Below, piece after piece: positions 9,276-18,386 of a DNA stretch of 64,000 nucleotides (positions are counted from its first letter, which is position 1; each line of letters starts with the position of its first letter). The DNA is from Fimbriimonadaceae bacterium. Its GTDB lineage: Bacteria; Armatimonadota; Fimbriimonadia; Fimbriimonadales; Fimbriimonadaceae. The notes under the pieces are model-generated. The model was not told where the DNA came from. It made no database searches and saw nothing but the letters and a program-made list of their open reading frames with translations. The translations under genes and the position numbers were made by a program. The stretch is from positions 2,474-66,473 of the forward strand of contig JAICWL010000004.1 of the NCBI GenBank assembly GCA_025934835.1. The letters are read 5' to 3'.

Positions 9276-10244
9276 ATGAAAGTCGGATTATTTGGAGCGG
9301 GCGGCATGGGGAACGTGCATGCGAGGCAGTACGGCAAGATGCAGGACGTCCAGCTCCTGGTGCACGACCGGGACCCGGAGCGGCTCGCCGAGTTTTCCGC
9401 TCGGTGGGGAGCGACGTCGACTCCGAACCCCGAAGATCTCTACTCGCAATGCGAAATGATCGACGTGTGCCTGCCGACCGACCTGCATCTTCCCTACGCG
9501 CTCAAGGCGGTTTCAAATGGCAGCGCGGTGTTCGTCGAGAAGCCCATGGCTCGGACGCTCGAGGAGTGCGACCAACTCATCGAGGCAGCGGACAAGGCGA
9601 AAGTGCCACTCAGCGTGGGCCAGGTTCTGCGCTTCTTTCCGGAATACGAGCTTGGACACAAGTTGATTGAGTCTGGCGCTGTGGGAAAACCGGCAACGGC
9701 CAGAACGCGCCGTGGCGGCGCGGCTCCGCGCGGTCGCGAGGACTGGTTCATGCGGCACGAGCGTTCCGGGGGGGTGTTGCTCGACCTGGCGATACACGAT
9801 TTTGACTGGCTGCGTTGGACCCTCGGCGAGGTCGACCGAGTCTATGCTCGCTCGGTCGCCGCCCTGGTTGGCTCCGGACCCGACTATGCGCTCACAACGC
9901 TCAGCTTCGACTCTGGAGCTCTGGGCCACGTCGAGGCGACGTGGATGGATCCGAGTGGATTTCGAACGAAATTCGAAGTTGCGGGGAGCGCCGGATTGAT
10001 TGAATGGGACAGCCGGCGGGAAGCTGCGATTCGCACCCACATGGATGGCGCCAATTTCTTGGAAACACCGCTTTCACCAACGGACGACCCCTACTACCGT
10101 GAGCTTCGTTCGTTCATCGATGCGGCCAACGCAGGCACAGCGCCACCCGTCAGCCCGCAGGATGCCAGGATGGCGGTCAGTATCGCGTTGGCTGCCCTGG
10201 AAAGCGCGAAAACGGGCCGCGAAGTGCGGCCCGTTCGTACTTGA
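9276..10244 (+). CDS. Gfo/Idh/MocA family oxidoreductase
   Basis: MKVGLFGAGGMGNVHA Rossmann motif and the VFVEKPM motif. Confidence 0.85.
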   Translation: MKVGLFGAGGMGNVHARQYGKMQDVQLLVHDRDPERLAEFSARWGATSTPNPEDLYSQCEMIDVCLPTDLHLPYALKAVSNGSAVFVEKPMARTLEECDQLIEAADKAKVPLSVGQVLRFFPEYELGHKLIESGAVGKPATARTRRGGAAPRGREDWFMRHERSGGVLLDLAIHDFDWLRWTLGEVDRVYARSVAALVGSGPDYALTTLSFDSGALGHVEATWMDPSGFRTKFEVAGSAGLIEWDSRREAAIRTHMDGANFLETPLSPTDDPYYRELRSFIDAANAGTAPPVSPQDARMAVSIALAALESAKTGREVRPVRT

Positions 10245-10253
10245 CGGAGGCTT

Positions 10254-11399
10254 CTACCAGGAGCGCGTGGAGCTGGTTTCGAACTGGCGGATCACATAGG
10301 CTCCGCGCTCACGCTCCAGCGAATAGGTGTGGTACACGGTGTTGACAGCGCCCCACGGGTCCGTAAACTCGTGGCGGGCATAAACCTTCGCCCGATTGTA
10401 GCCATCGTACCGTACATCCAGAATGTCGTACCTCTGAGTCTCGACGTTCTTGATGCCGTCCATGTACAGGTCATAAAAGTCGTTCGGCTGAAGCGAATAT
10501 CGATACTGCCCATCGATGTAGAGCGCGATCGTTCCATCGCGCGGAATCAGCCGGCCGACGGCTTGGGTGTCCACACGAGTGAACGCATCCCGAATGTCGG
10601 CGATCGCATAGTCGAGGTCGCTTCCGTGGTTGAAGCTGTCGGCGCGCTGCCACTGATATTCATCGCCGTTCCAAGTGCCCCACGGGTTCGCATTCACGAT
10701 CACCACGCGAGACGAGTTGATGTAGGGCGGGCAGGACGGATAGTAGTACCAGGGCGAGAAATACACGCGGTCTAATCCGAACGGATCGAAAACATAGTAC
10801 GGGTAGCAGAAGAAATCGTCTCGGAACCAATTGTTGTAGTGGTAGTAGCCAACTCTCCAGCCGCCGACCCGCAACCGGACGTGCTCCTGATTCCGAACGC
10901 GCCGGTCGATCGCCCCGCCGAGGCGTCCGTCCGGAGTGTGGCGAATAATGATCGGATCCTGTCGGCCACGTGCCTGGCCGTTGAAGACCGTTCCGTAGTG
11001 AACGACGCCGCTACGGGAAACCGGATTCCTCTGGTCCCTTTGTCCGCGGTCCCTGCCGATGATCGTGCGATTCGAACCCTGGCCTCCATAGCCGCCACCT
11101 GAGTAACCGCCATCTCCGCCGTTGCCCCCTCCGCCCGAGTAGCCGCCACCGCCGCCGTTGCCCCCGCCACCTGAGTAGCCGCCACCGCCTCCTCGGTTGC
11201 CAGAATAACCACCGCCACCGCCGCCGCCTCCGCGGTTGCCGGAATCATGATGCTCGCTCGGAGGAGCGACATGGCCGCCTCCGCCGCCGTCGCCTCCGCC
11301 TCTGTGCCTGCCGCCAGGATCTCTTTGGGCCACCGCGACGGATGCGATCAGTGCGAGCGCAGCGACCGAACTCAACATGCGAATGGAATACAAATTCAT
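10254..11399 (-). CDS. secreted glycine-rich protein with aromatic-rich and NTF2-like C-terminal regions, unknown function
   Basis: Signal peptide MNLYSIRMLSSVAALALIASVAVA, about 80 aa of GGGGYSG-type repeats, a Y/W/P-rich segment, then a compact C-terminal domain. Confidence 0.7.
   Translation of the reverse strand: MNLYSIRMLSSVAALALIASVAVAQRDPGGRHRGGGDGGGGGHVAPPSEHHDSGNRGGGGGGGGYSGNRGGGGGYSGGGGNGGGGGYSGGGGNGGDGGYSGGGYGGQGSNRTIIGRDRGQRDQRNPVSRSGVVHYGTVFNGQARGRQDPIIIRHTPDGRLGGAIDRRVRNQEHVRLRVGGWRVGYYHYNNWFRDDFFCYPYYVFDPFGLDRVYFSPWYYYPSCPPYINSSRVVIVNANPWGTWNGDEYQWQRADSFNHGSDLDYAIADIRDAFTRVDTQAVGRLIPRDGTIALYIDGQYRYSLQPNDFYDLYMDGIKNVETQRYDILDVRYDGYNRAKVYARHEFTDPWGAVNTVYHTYSLERERGAYVIRQFETSSTRSW
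11069..11303 (-). repeat. low-complexity GGC/GGT-rich coding repeat (GGGGYSGG units)
   Basis: Degenerate tandem units ggtggcggctactcaggtggcggg... are visible in the DNA within the glycine-rich gene. Confidence 0.7.
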
Positions 11400-11549
11400 T
11401 GCTTACGGTCCTTTTACTTTCTTTACGTACCTCGGAAGCGGGCGTTACGCCCGCGCGGAAGACATGCGTTCAACTTGGTAGACGATTGAGTGCCGACCTT
11501 TGGACGACGGGTCGTGCTCCACGCTGTAGTTTCCGTCAAACTGGAGGCG

Positions 11550-12569
11550 ATGAGCAAGCGCAGCATCGCGGTAATTCCCGGCGACGGCATCGGCCCGGAG
11601 ATAATGGACTCCACCCTCGAGATTCTGGAAAGCGTGGGGTTTGCTCCCACCTGGGTGCGCCTCGAAGCCGGCCTCTGCGCGATCGAGAAGGGCAAGCCCG
11701 CCGTGCCCGAAGAGACAATCGAAGCGATTCGTGAGATCGGGAATGCACTGAAGAGCCCTACTACGACTCCCAAAGGGGGCGGACACTCGAGTGCCAACGT
11801 CGCCCTACGACAGGCTCTCGATCTTTTTGCGAACGTGCGCCCCGCCAAAACCCTACCCGGCGTGCGCGGACCATTCATGAACAAGGACATCGACCTCGTC
11901 ATCGTTCGCGAAAACACTGAAGACCTGTACGCCGGCATTGAGTTTCAACCCCACCCGGACATCGCTCAGGCCATCAAGGTCATCACACGACCGGGTTGTC
12001 GAAGGCTCTTCAAATATGCATTCGAACTCGTCATCGAGCAAGGACGTAATCGTCTCACCGCCGTTCACAAAGCCAACATCATGAAGCTAACGGACGGCAT
12101 GTTCCTGCGCGAATTCTACGAAGCCGCGAAGGGTTTTCCAACAGTGGTGGCAGATGACATCATCGTGGACAACTGCTGCATGCAGCTCGTCACACGGCCG
12201 GAGCAGTTCGACGTGCTCGTCACCGAGAATCTTTACGGCGACATCGTCAGCGACCTCTGCGCAGGACTGGTCGGCGGCTTGGGACTGGCGCCCGGCGCCA
12301 ATATCGGCGAGAAGTGCGCGGTGTTCGAGGCGGTGCACGGGAGCGCGCCCGATATAGCCGGTATGGGAGTCGCCAATCCGACAGCCCTGCTGCTGTCGAG
12401 CGCGATGATGTTGCGTCACATCGGCGAGCACACGCTTGCGAACCGGATCTCGTCTGCGGTCCTCAACGTTGTCGCAGAAGGCGAATGCCTGACCAAGGAC
12501 CTCGGCGGAAATGCCAGCACTTCCGAATTCACGCGCGCGATCATCGAATCGGCGAGAGCCTGTGCATAG
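11550..12569 (+). CDS. isocitrate/isopropylmalate dehydrogenase family enzyme (NAD-IDH / homoisocitrate-DH-like)
   Basis: [22 protein letters not shown] and [27 protein letters not shown] motifs. Start set at MSKRSIAV (11550). Confidence 0.85.
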   Translation: MSKRSIAVIPGDGIGPEIMDSTLEILESVGFAPTWVRLEAGLCAIEKGKPAVPEETIEAIREIGNALKSPTTTPKGGGHSSANVALRQALDLFANVRPAKTLPGVRGPFMNKDIDLVIVRENTEDLYAGIEFQPHPDIAQAIKVITRPGCRRLFKYAFELVIEQGRNRLTAVHKANIMKLTDGMFLREFYEAAKGFPTVVADDIIVDNCCMQLVTRPEQFDVLVTENLYGDIVSDLCAGLVGGLGLAPGANIGEKCAVFEAVHGSAPDIAGMGVANPTALLLSSAMMLRHIGEHTLANRISSAVLNVVAEGECLTKDLGGNASTSEFTRAIIESARACA

Positions 12570-12575
12570 CTCCCG

Positions 12576-14102
12576 CTACTCCAGCTCTATCGTTGCCGGT
12601 GGCTTGCTCGTCAGGTCGTAGAACACCCTGTTCACGCCGGAGACTTCATTGACGATGCGCGCGGCGATTCGCTCCAAAGCTTCGAACGGAAGGGCCACGG
12701 CGCGGGCCGTCATGGCGTCCTCACTTTCGACCGCCCGCAGCACAATTGGCTGCTCGTATGTGCGCTCGTCCCCCATGACTCCCACACTGCGCACGTCGAG
12801 GATCGCGGCATAGCTTTGCCAGATCCCCTGGTTCAGACCTTCCTTTCGCAGCTCTTCGCGAAATATCCAGTCGGCGTCCTGAACACTTCGCACCCGCTCG
12901 GGCGTCACTTCTCCCAGTACCCGCACGGCTAGGCCCGGGCCAGGAAACGGCTCTCGCGATACGATGTATTCAGGTACTCCCAGTGCTCTGCCGACCTCCC
13001 GGACCTCGTCCTTGAAGAGCCAGCGGAGAGGCTCGATCAGCTTCATCCGCATCCAGGCCGGCAAGCCGCCGACATTGTGATGCGTTTTGATCTTCGCCGC
13101 TGTCGGTGACCCCGACTCGATCACGTCCGGGTACAGCGTTCCCTGAGCTAGATAGTCGCAACCTTGGAGTTCGGCCGCGTGGTCTTCGAACACGCGCACG
13201 AAGTTCTCGCCTACGGCTTTGCGCTTCACTTCAGGATCGGTCAATCCACGGAGGGCGCTGAAGAACCGCTCATGCTCCCGGAAAACTTTGAGGTTGGCGT
13301 GGAAGTGGCCCCGGAAAGTTTCCTCGACCTCCGCGGCTTCGTTCTTCCGCAGCAGCCCATGGTCGACAAAGACGCACACGGCACGCTCCCCGATGGCCTT
13401 GATAAGCAGAGCCGCCATGACGGCGCTGTCCACCCCGCCTGAAACGGCGCACAGGACCTTCCCTTCCGGACCTACGACGGCCCGGATCGACTCGAGCTCG
13501 TCTGAAATGAAGCTCTCCCTCGTCCAGTCGCCGCGCAACTTTGCTACGTCGAACAAGAACCTGCGAAGCACCTCCTTGCCCCCCACGGTGTGCGACACCT
13601 CAGGATGGAACTGCACGCCGAATATTCCCTTGGCCGGATTCTCGAATGCAGCGACCGGGCACGAGTCAGTCGAAGCCGAAACAATGAATCCGGGCGGCGC
13701 CGCGATCACCTGATCGCCGTGACTCATCCAAACCTGACCCGACTTGAGCCCGGCTACGAGCGTGCCTTCCACGGGACTCAGCACTCTGAAGCCGTACTCC
13801 CTTTGGTCGGCGCGTTCCACCTTGCCGCCCAGACCCGCGGCTAAAAGCTGCAGACCATAACAGATGCCGAGCGTGGGAACGCCTTCGAGAAGGGATAGAT
13901 CGAGCGAAGGAGCGCCAGGCTCCAAAACTGACTTGGGGCCCCCGCTGAGAATGACGGCGTCAGGCTTATGTTCGCAGAGTGCGCCTCGCGCCCCCGTCCA
14001 GGGGATCATCTCCGAGTACACTCCCAGCTCACGCACCCGGCGCACGATGAGTTGACTGTACTGGCCGCCGAAGTCGACGACGATCACCTTCTGGTGAGTC
14101 AT
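12576..14102 (-). CDS. guaA: GMP synthase (glutamine-hydrolysing)
   Basis: GATase domain (GICYGLQ), ATP-PPase SGGVDS motif, C-terminal ...KPPATIELE. Start set at MTHQKVIVVDFGGQYSQL. Confidence 0.95.
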   Translation of the reverse strand: MTHQKVIVVDFGGQYSQLIVRRVRELGVYSEMIPWTGARGALCEHKPDAVILSGGPKSVLEPGAPSLDLSLLEGVPTLGICYGLQLLAAGLGGKVERADQREYGFRVLSPVEGTLVAGLKSGQVWMSHGDQVIAAPPGFIVSASTDSCPVAAFENPAKGIFGVQFHPEVSHTVGGKEVLRRFLFDVAKLRGDWTRESFISDELESIRAVVGPEGKVLCAVSGGVDSAVMAALLIKAIGERAVCVFVDHGLLRKNEAAEVEETFRGHFHANLKVFREHERFFSALRGLTDPEVKRKAVGENFVRVFEDHAAELQGCDYLAQGTLYPDVIESGSPTAAKIKTHHNVGGLPAWMRMKLIEPLRWLFKDEVREVGRALGVPEYIVSREPFPGPGLAVRVLGEVTPERVRSVQDADWIFREELRKEGLNQGIWQSYAAILDVRSVGVMGDERTYEQPIVLRAVESEDAMTARAVALPFEALERIAARIVNEVSGVNRVFYDLTSKPPATIELE

Positions 14103-14218
14103 ACATCGTTTTACCCGCACGCCGGTCGAGACTGCTCGCACCACGAGAGCCGCAATTTCATGGCTTTAGGAGCCTGGTCCGCGGAACGTCGTCTGAGTAC
14201 GAGATAGGGGACACTAAG

Positions 14219-14704
14219 ATGACTCTGACCAAGACAACGATGTTGACAGTAGTAGCAGCCTTATCGATGGGGCTGGCATTCATCGGGACGGCGCGGGCCG
14301 CCGACCACGACCACCATCGAAATCATGGGAACTCCCATCATTCCGATTGGCACGGACAGGGCCGGCGCGACCACTCGGACTGGAAAGCCGAGGGCCGCCA
14401 TGACAATGGGTTGCATCTGGGATGGTCCAAGAACGGCCATTCACATTCGACCACTCGGCGATGGGTGGACGTGCGTAGAAGCGGGACGAACCGTCGATGG
14501 GTAGACGTACACCGGTCGAGGACAACTCATCGGATACCTTGGAGCCACACGCGGGTCATTCGCTCGCGCAAAGTTACGCTCCACCATGCGCCAACCACCA
14601 CTCGATGGCGAGGAGTGTCTGCAGATCGGATGCGGCAGCGACGTGTCGACGCCGCGACCCACCGAGTGAGCACAAAGCACGGCTCGAGCCGCTGGCATAA
14701 ATAG
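14219..14704 (+). CDS. secreted His/Arg/Trp-rich protein, unknown function
   Basis: Signal peptide ...AFIGTARA|AD, HSDW repeats, and a tandem RRWVDV(R/H)RS unit. Composition is unusual, so coding status is less certain. Confidence 0.5.
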   Translation: MTLTKTTMLTVVAALSMGLAFIGTARAADHDHHRNHGNSHHSDWHGQGRRDHSDWKAEGRHDNGLHLGWSKNGHSHSTTRRWVDVRRSGTNRRWVDVHRSRTTHRIPWSHTRVIRSRKVTLHHAPTTTRWRGVSADRMRQRRVDAATHRVSTKHGSSRWHK

Positions 14705-14753
14705 CCTCAGAGCTCGCATGGGGCCGTGCAGTACAATTCTGCTACCGTAGCCC

Positions 14754-15038
14754 TTGTCGATACTATCAAAGCTATTGCGACGAAACGAGGTCCCGCCTTC
14801 TGAGTGCGGGCCCCTGTTTCGTGACGTTCAGGATGCTATGCGGGGGGTGCAAGCCTATGCCCGTTCGCACGGGGGTGAGATCCAGCTCCTCGGAGTTTCG
14901 GAAGAGGGCGATGTGAGAATTCGTCTCAAAGGAACCTGCAGCGGTTGCCCTATGGCCGGAATCACTTTGAAGCTGGGCGTAGAGCAACAGCTTCGGGCAC
15001 TTGTGCCGGGAATCCGAAAGGTTGTGCAGATTCGGTAA
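14754..15038 (+). CDS. NifU-like Fe-S cluster scaffold domain protein
   Basis: GTCSGCPMAGITLK motif typical of the NifU C-terminal domain. TTG start. Confidence 0.8.
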   Translation: MSILSKLLRRNEVPPSECGPLFRDVQDAMRGVQAYARSHGGEIQLLGVSEEGDVRIRLKGTCSGCPMAGITLKLGVEQQLRALVPGIRKVVQIR

Positions 15039-15138
15039 GAGTGCTGGTTTTACGACGTCCCGAGGTCCAGGCACGAAAGTTGTAACAACACTCGATGTGC
15101 GGCGAGCGAAACGCCGCTGTTCCTCTGACCAATCCCTA

Positions 15139-15161
15139 CAGGCCCCGACCCCCGGGGCCTG
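15139..15161. terminator. GC-rich hairpin between convergent genes (candidate bidirectional terminator)
   Basis: CAGGCCCCG-acccc-CGGGGCCTG, a 9-bp perfect stem, followed by cctctattt on the plus strand. Confidence 0.55.
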
Positions 15162-15176
15162 CCTCTATTTCAGCCC

Positions 15177-15728
15177 TTAGCTCCCGGTGCCGTCGTTCAA
15201 CATCGGGGTCCACCGAGACTGAGGCATGTGGGTGAGCTGCGCGATGCGCGCCATAAAGAATCCCACGGCGTCACCGAATTCTTTGATCGACATCGACCGC
15301 TGAGGGCCGACGGCCAGCGGGCCGATCTTGGCGACGCACCCCCAGGAAATGAGGGTCTCCAGATTCGCCAGGTCCTCGCTGTCGTCAATTTTTAGCAGCT
15401 TGCGATCGAAAGCAACCTTGTTTGGCGTGAATTTGAAATGCGGCTTGGCAGCTACGAAGATCTGCCATAACTGGCGTGCCACCGAATCGCGGGTTGCCGG
15501 CGAGCTGGAATCGTGCATCGAGGCCGGCTCGAGGCTCATTTTCCCAACAACGGGCAGGAGAAAAGAATCCACCTTGCCAAAGACGATCCTCGCCTCGCGC
15601 TCGGTCACGGGTCCCGATGACACGGCGGTCGTCTTCTGCTGCGGCTTTGCGAGCCCGGTCTTCGGCTGCTGCTGGGCCAGACAAATTGCGGCAACAACTC
15701 CAATGCCGAGAAAAACGATCGATTTCAT
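15177..15728 (-). CDS. secreted/anchored protein of unknown function, coupled to mreB
   Basis: N-terminal signal/anchor MKSIVFLGIGVVAAICLA. ATGA overlap with the mreB stop (15725-15728). Confidence 0.6.
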   Translation of the reverse strand: MKSIVFLGIGVVAAICLAQQQPKTGLAKPQQKTTAVSSGPVTEREARIVFGKVDSFLLPVVGKMSLEPASMHDSSSPATRDSVARQLWQIFVAAKPHFKFTPNKVAFDRKLLKIDDSEDLANLETLISWGCVAKIGPLAVGPQRSMSIKEFGDAVGFFMARIAQLTHMPQSRWTPMLNDGTGS

Positions 15729-16744
15729 AGTGTACTCACCGCTCCGCTGTCGCGAATAACGTCTAGCTCTTCCAGCGCCTTTCCAGCGCCCAATGCCACG
15801 CAGTTTAGCGCGTTGTCGGCTACATGCACAGACATATCGGTCGAATGGGCGATCTGCCTATCCAAGCCCCGCAGCAAAGCGCCACCGCCTGTCAGCGTAA
15901 TACCCAGGCGGCTTATGTCCCCTGCCAGCTCGGGTGGGGTTTCCTCCAGCATTTGGCAAATCTTTTCGTTGATCTGTCGGACCGGTTCCGCAAGCGCTTC
16001 GCGCACCTCTTCGCTCGATATCTCCAGCGTCTTGGGCAGGCCGGCGAGTAGATCGCGTCCTCGAACTTCCATCCGAATCTCCTGATCGCTCGGCCAAGCC
16101 GAACCCAGCTTGATCTTGATCTCCTCGGCCGTCGCGTCACCGACCATCAAGCTGTGCGCCGTGCGCAAATGGCGGGCGATCGCTTCGTCCATCTTGTTTC
16201 CGCCTAGCCTCAGGCTCTGCGATAGCACGGTGCCTCCGAGCGACAGAACCGCGATATCAGTGGTCCCGCCACCGATGTCGACCACCATGTTGCCCTCCGG
16301 CGCCGACACGGGGAGGCCGGCTCCGATAGCCGCAGCCATCGGCTCTTCGATCGTCATCGCGATGCCCGCTCCAGCTTCCTTCGCGGCTTGCATGAACGCC
16401 CTTCGCTCGACGTTCGTGACCCCGCTGGGAACCACGAGGAGCACAGTTGGCTTGGGGCGAATCGGTAGCCGGCTGGGACACGATACCGAGAAGATGTGCT
16501 TGAGCAGCTTGAGCGTAGTCGTGTAGTCCGCGATCACGCCATCCTTCAGGGGCCGGACGGCCTGAATGTTTGCGGGAGTACGGCCCAGCATCTCTTTGGC
16601 CTCGTTGCCAAATGCCAACAGCCTGCCGGCGTTGACGCTGAGGGCCACGACGCTGGGTTCGGCCAACACGACGCCTTTGCCTCTTCGGTACACGAGGACG
16701 TTCGAAGTGCCGAGGTCGATGCCCAGCTCAGGCGCTAAGCTTAT
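15725..16744 (-). CDS. mreB: rod shape-determining actin homolog MreB
   Basis: Strong MreB similarity (GKGVVLAEPSVVAL..., DIGGGTTD...). The first canonical start is GTG at 16693, but the conserved LGIDLGTSN phosphate-1 motif is in frame upstream of it. I extend to the ATA at 16744-16742, which overlaps the murA stop (see findings). Confidence 0.9.
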   Translation of the reverse strand: MSLAPELGIDLGTSNVLVYRRGKGVVLAEPSVVALSVNAGRLLAFGNEAKEMLGRTPANIQAVRPLKDGVIADYTTTLKLLKHIFSVSCPSRLPIRPKPTVLLVVPSGVTNVERRAFMQAAKEAGAGIAMTIEEPMAAAIGAGLPVSAPEGNMVVDIGGGTTDIAVLSLGGTVLSQSLRLGGNKMDEAIARHLRTAHSLMVGDATAEEIKIKLGSAWPSDQEIRMEVRGRDLLAGLPKTLEISSEEVREALAEPVRQINEKICQMLEETPPELAGDISRLGITLTGGGALLRGLDRQIAHSTDMSVHVADNALNCVALGAGKALEELDVIRDSGAVSTL

Positions 16745-18036
16745 GCGCTGGTATCGTTCGCCCGGACCGATGCGTCAGCCTCCGCGAGCGCAACCCGCTC
16801 GATTTCGCCGCCCATCGAAGTCAGCGTATCTTCCAGTCGCTCGTACCCCCGATCGATGAAATGGAGGTTCCGCACTATCGTGGTTCCGTCAGCCACGAGG
16901 CCGGCAAGCACAAGAGCCGCTCCGGCGCGCAGATCGCTCGCCTCCACGTTTGCGCCTCTCAGAGATGCGACGCCGTTTATGATCGACGACCGTCCCTCTT
17001 GGCGGATGTCTGCGCCCATGCGGTTGAGTTCCTGCACGTGCCCGATGCGACTTTCGTAAATCGTCTCCTCGACGATGCTTGTGCCTTCCGCGATCGTTAG
17101 CGATCCCGCCATCGGCTGCTGCATGTCGGTCGGGAAGCCCGGGTATGGCATCGTCTTAACCTTGACTGCCTTCAGCGGCTCCCTGCCCGCGACTCGGATC
17201 CAGTCCGATCCGTCGCTGACTTCCGCACCGGCCTCGCGCAGCTTGCTGACGAGGGCTGTCTGCTCTTCCGGCAATATGCCGCGCACGGTCACGTCGCCGA
17301 AGGTCATCGCTCCGGCGATCATGTACGTTCCCGCCTGGAGGCGGTCTGCAGGGACTCGGAATTCGTTCGGCTCGAGCTGCTTGACGCCGCGGATCGTGAT
17401 CTTGGCTGTCCCGGCGCCCTCGATGCGCGCGCCAAGCCGGTTCAGGAATGCCGCGAGCGTGGTCACTTCGGGTTCCATGGCTGCGTTATCGATGACCGTG
17501 ACGCCCTTGGCGAGCGTGGCCGCGGTCATCAAATGCTGTGTCGCACCGGCGCTCGGCATATCGAGATAGATTTCTGCGCCTGAGAGCCCGCCGGTCTTGG
17601 CCCGATAGATTCCTCCGCTCAAATCGATGTCGGCGCCCAGCGAAGTAAGACCCTTGATATGGAAGTCCACTGGCCTCGCGCCGATTTTGCATCCGCCAGG
17701 CGCCGGCAGAGTTACATGGCCGCACCGCGCCAAGAGCGGACCCAGGAGATAAAACGACGTGCGGATAGACCGCACCATCTCTTCGTCGGCTTCACTGGGG
17801 TAGATGGCGGTACAGTCGATATACATCGACCCTTCCCGCCATTCGACTTTCGCGCCGAAAACTTCCAGTAGCTTCGCTTTGGTTCGGGTGTCGGAGACGT
17901 CCGGAACGTTGTGCAGTACGGTCGTTCCTTCGACCATCACCACAGCGGACATAAGCGCCAGGGCCGTATTCTTGCTTCCGGCGACATCCACTTCGCCAAC
18001 TAGGCTACGACCACCCTTAATGACAAACGCACTCAT
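16741..18036 (-). CDS. murA: UDP-N-acetylglucosamine 1-carboxyvinyltransferase
   Basis: MSAFVIKGGRSLVGEVDVAGSKN... N-terminus with full-length MurA/EPSP-fold similarity. Internal ATG start at 18036. Confidence 0.95.
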   Translation of the reverse strand: MSAFVIKGGRSLVGEVDVAGSKNTALALMSAVVMVEGTTVLHNVPDVSDTRTKAKLLEVFGAKVEWREGSMYIDCTAIYPSEADEEMVRSIRTSFYLLGPLLARCGHVTLPAPGGCKIGARPVDFHIKGLTSLGADIDLSGGIYRAKTGGLSGAEIYLDMPSAGATQHLMTAATLAKGVTVIDNAAMEPEVTTLAAFLNRLGARIEGAGTAKITIRGVKQLEPNEFRVPADRLQAGTYMIAGAMTFGDVTVRGILPEEQTALVSKLREAGAEVSDGSDWIRVAGREPLKAVKVKTMPYPGFPTDMQQPMAGSLTIAEGTSIVEETIYESRIGHVQELNRMGADIRQEGRSSIINGVASLRGANVEASDLRAGAALVLAGLVADGTTIVRNLHFIDRGYERLEDTLTSMGGEIERVALAEADASVRANDTSA

Positions 18037-18386
18037 CGCAAACCCTCCATCCTTGGCAGGCTTCCCATGGGGGCCGTTCATTTGGACGGGCCACCACCGG
18101 GAACCGCAATTCTACCAACGCGCGCATAAGTTCGGCATACCGGTTCTTGCCAAGTGCAACGCATAAAATCCCCGGCGCGGTAAATCGACCTCAGCAAGAT
18201 ACCCCACATGCGATCCAGCTCCCCTACCGCATGCTAGACGTCTTGCGTGAGAGGACGTGTTCCAAATCTGCTGCAAGTACGACTGCTTCACTGCTGCCCT
18301 CACTCGAGTCGTCGTTTTGGTGAGGTCGCGGGACCCGATTTGGAACAGCGGATGGGGTATAGTTGAAGCTCTGTAAACAACAGCTT

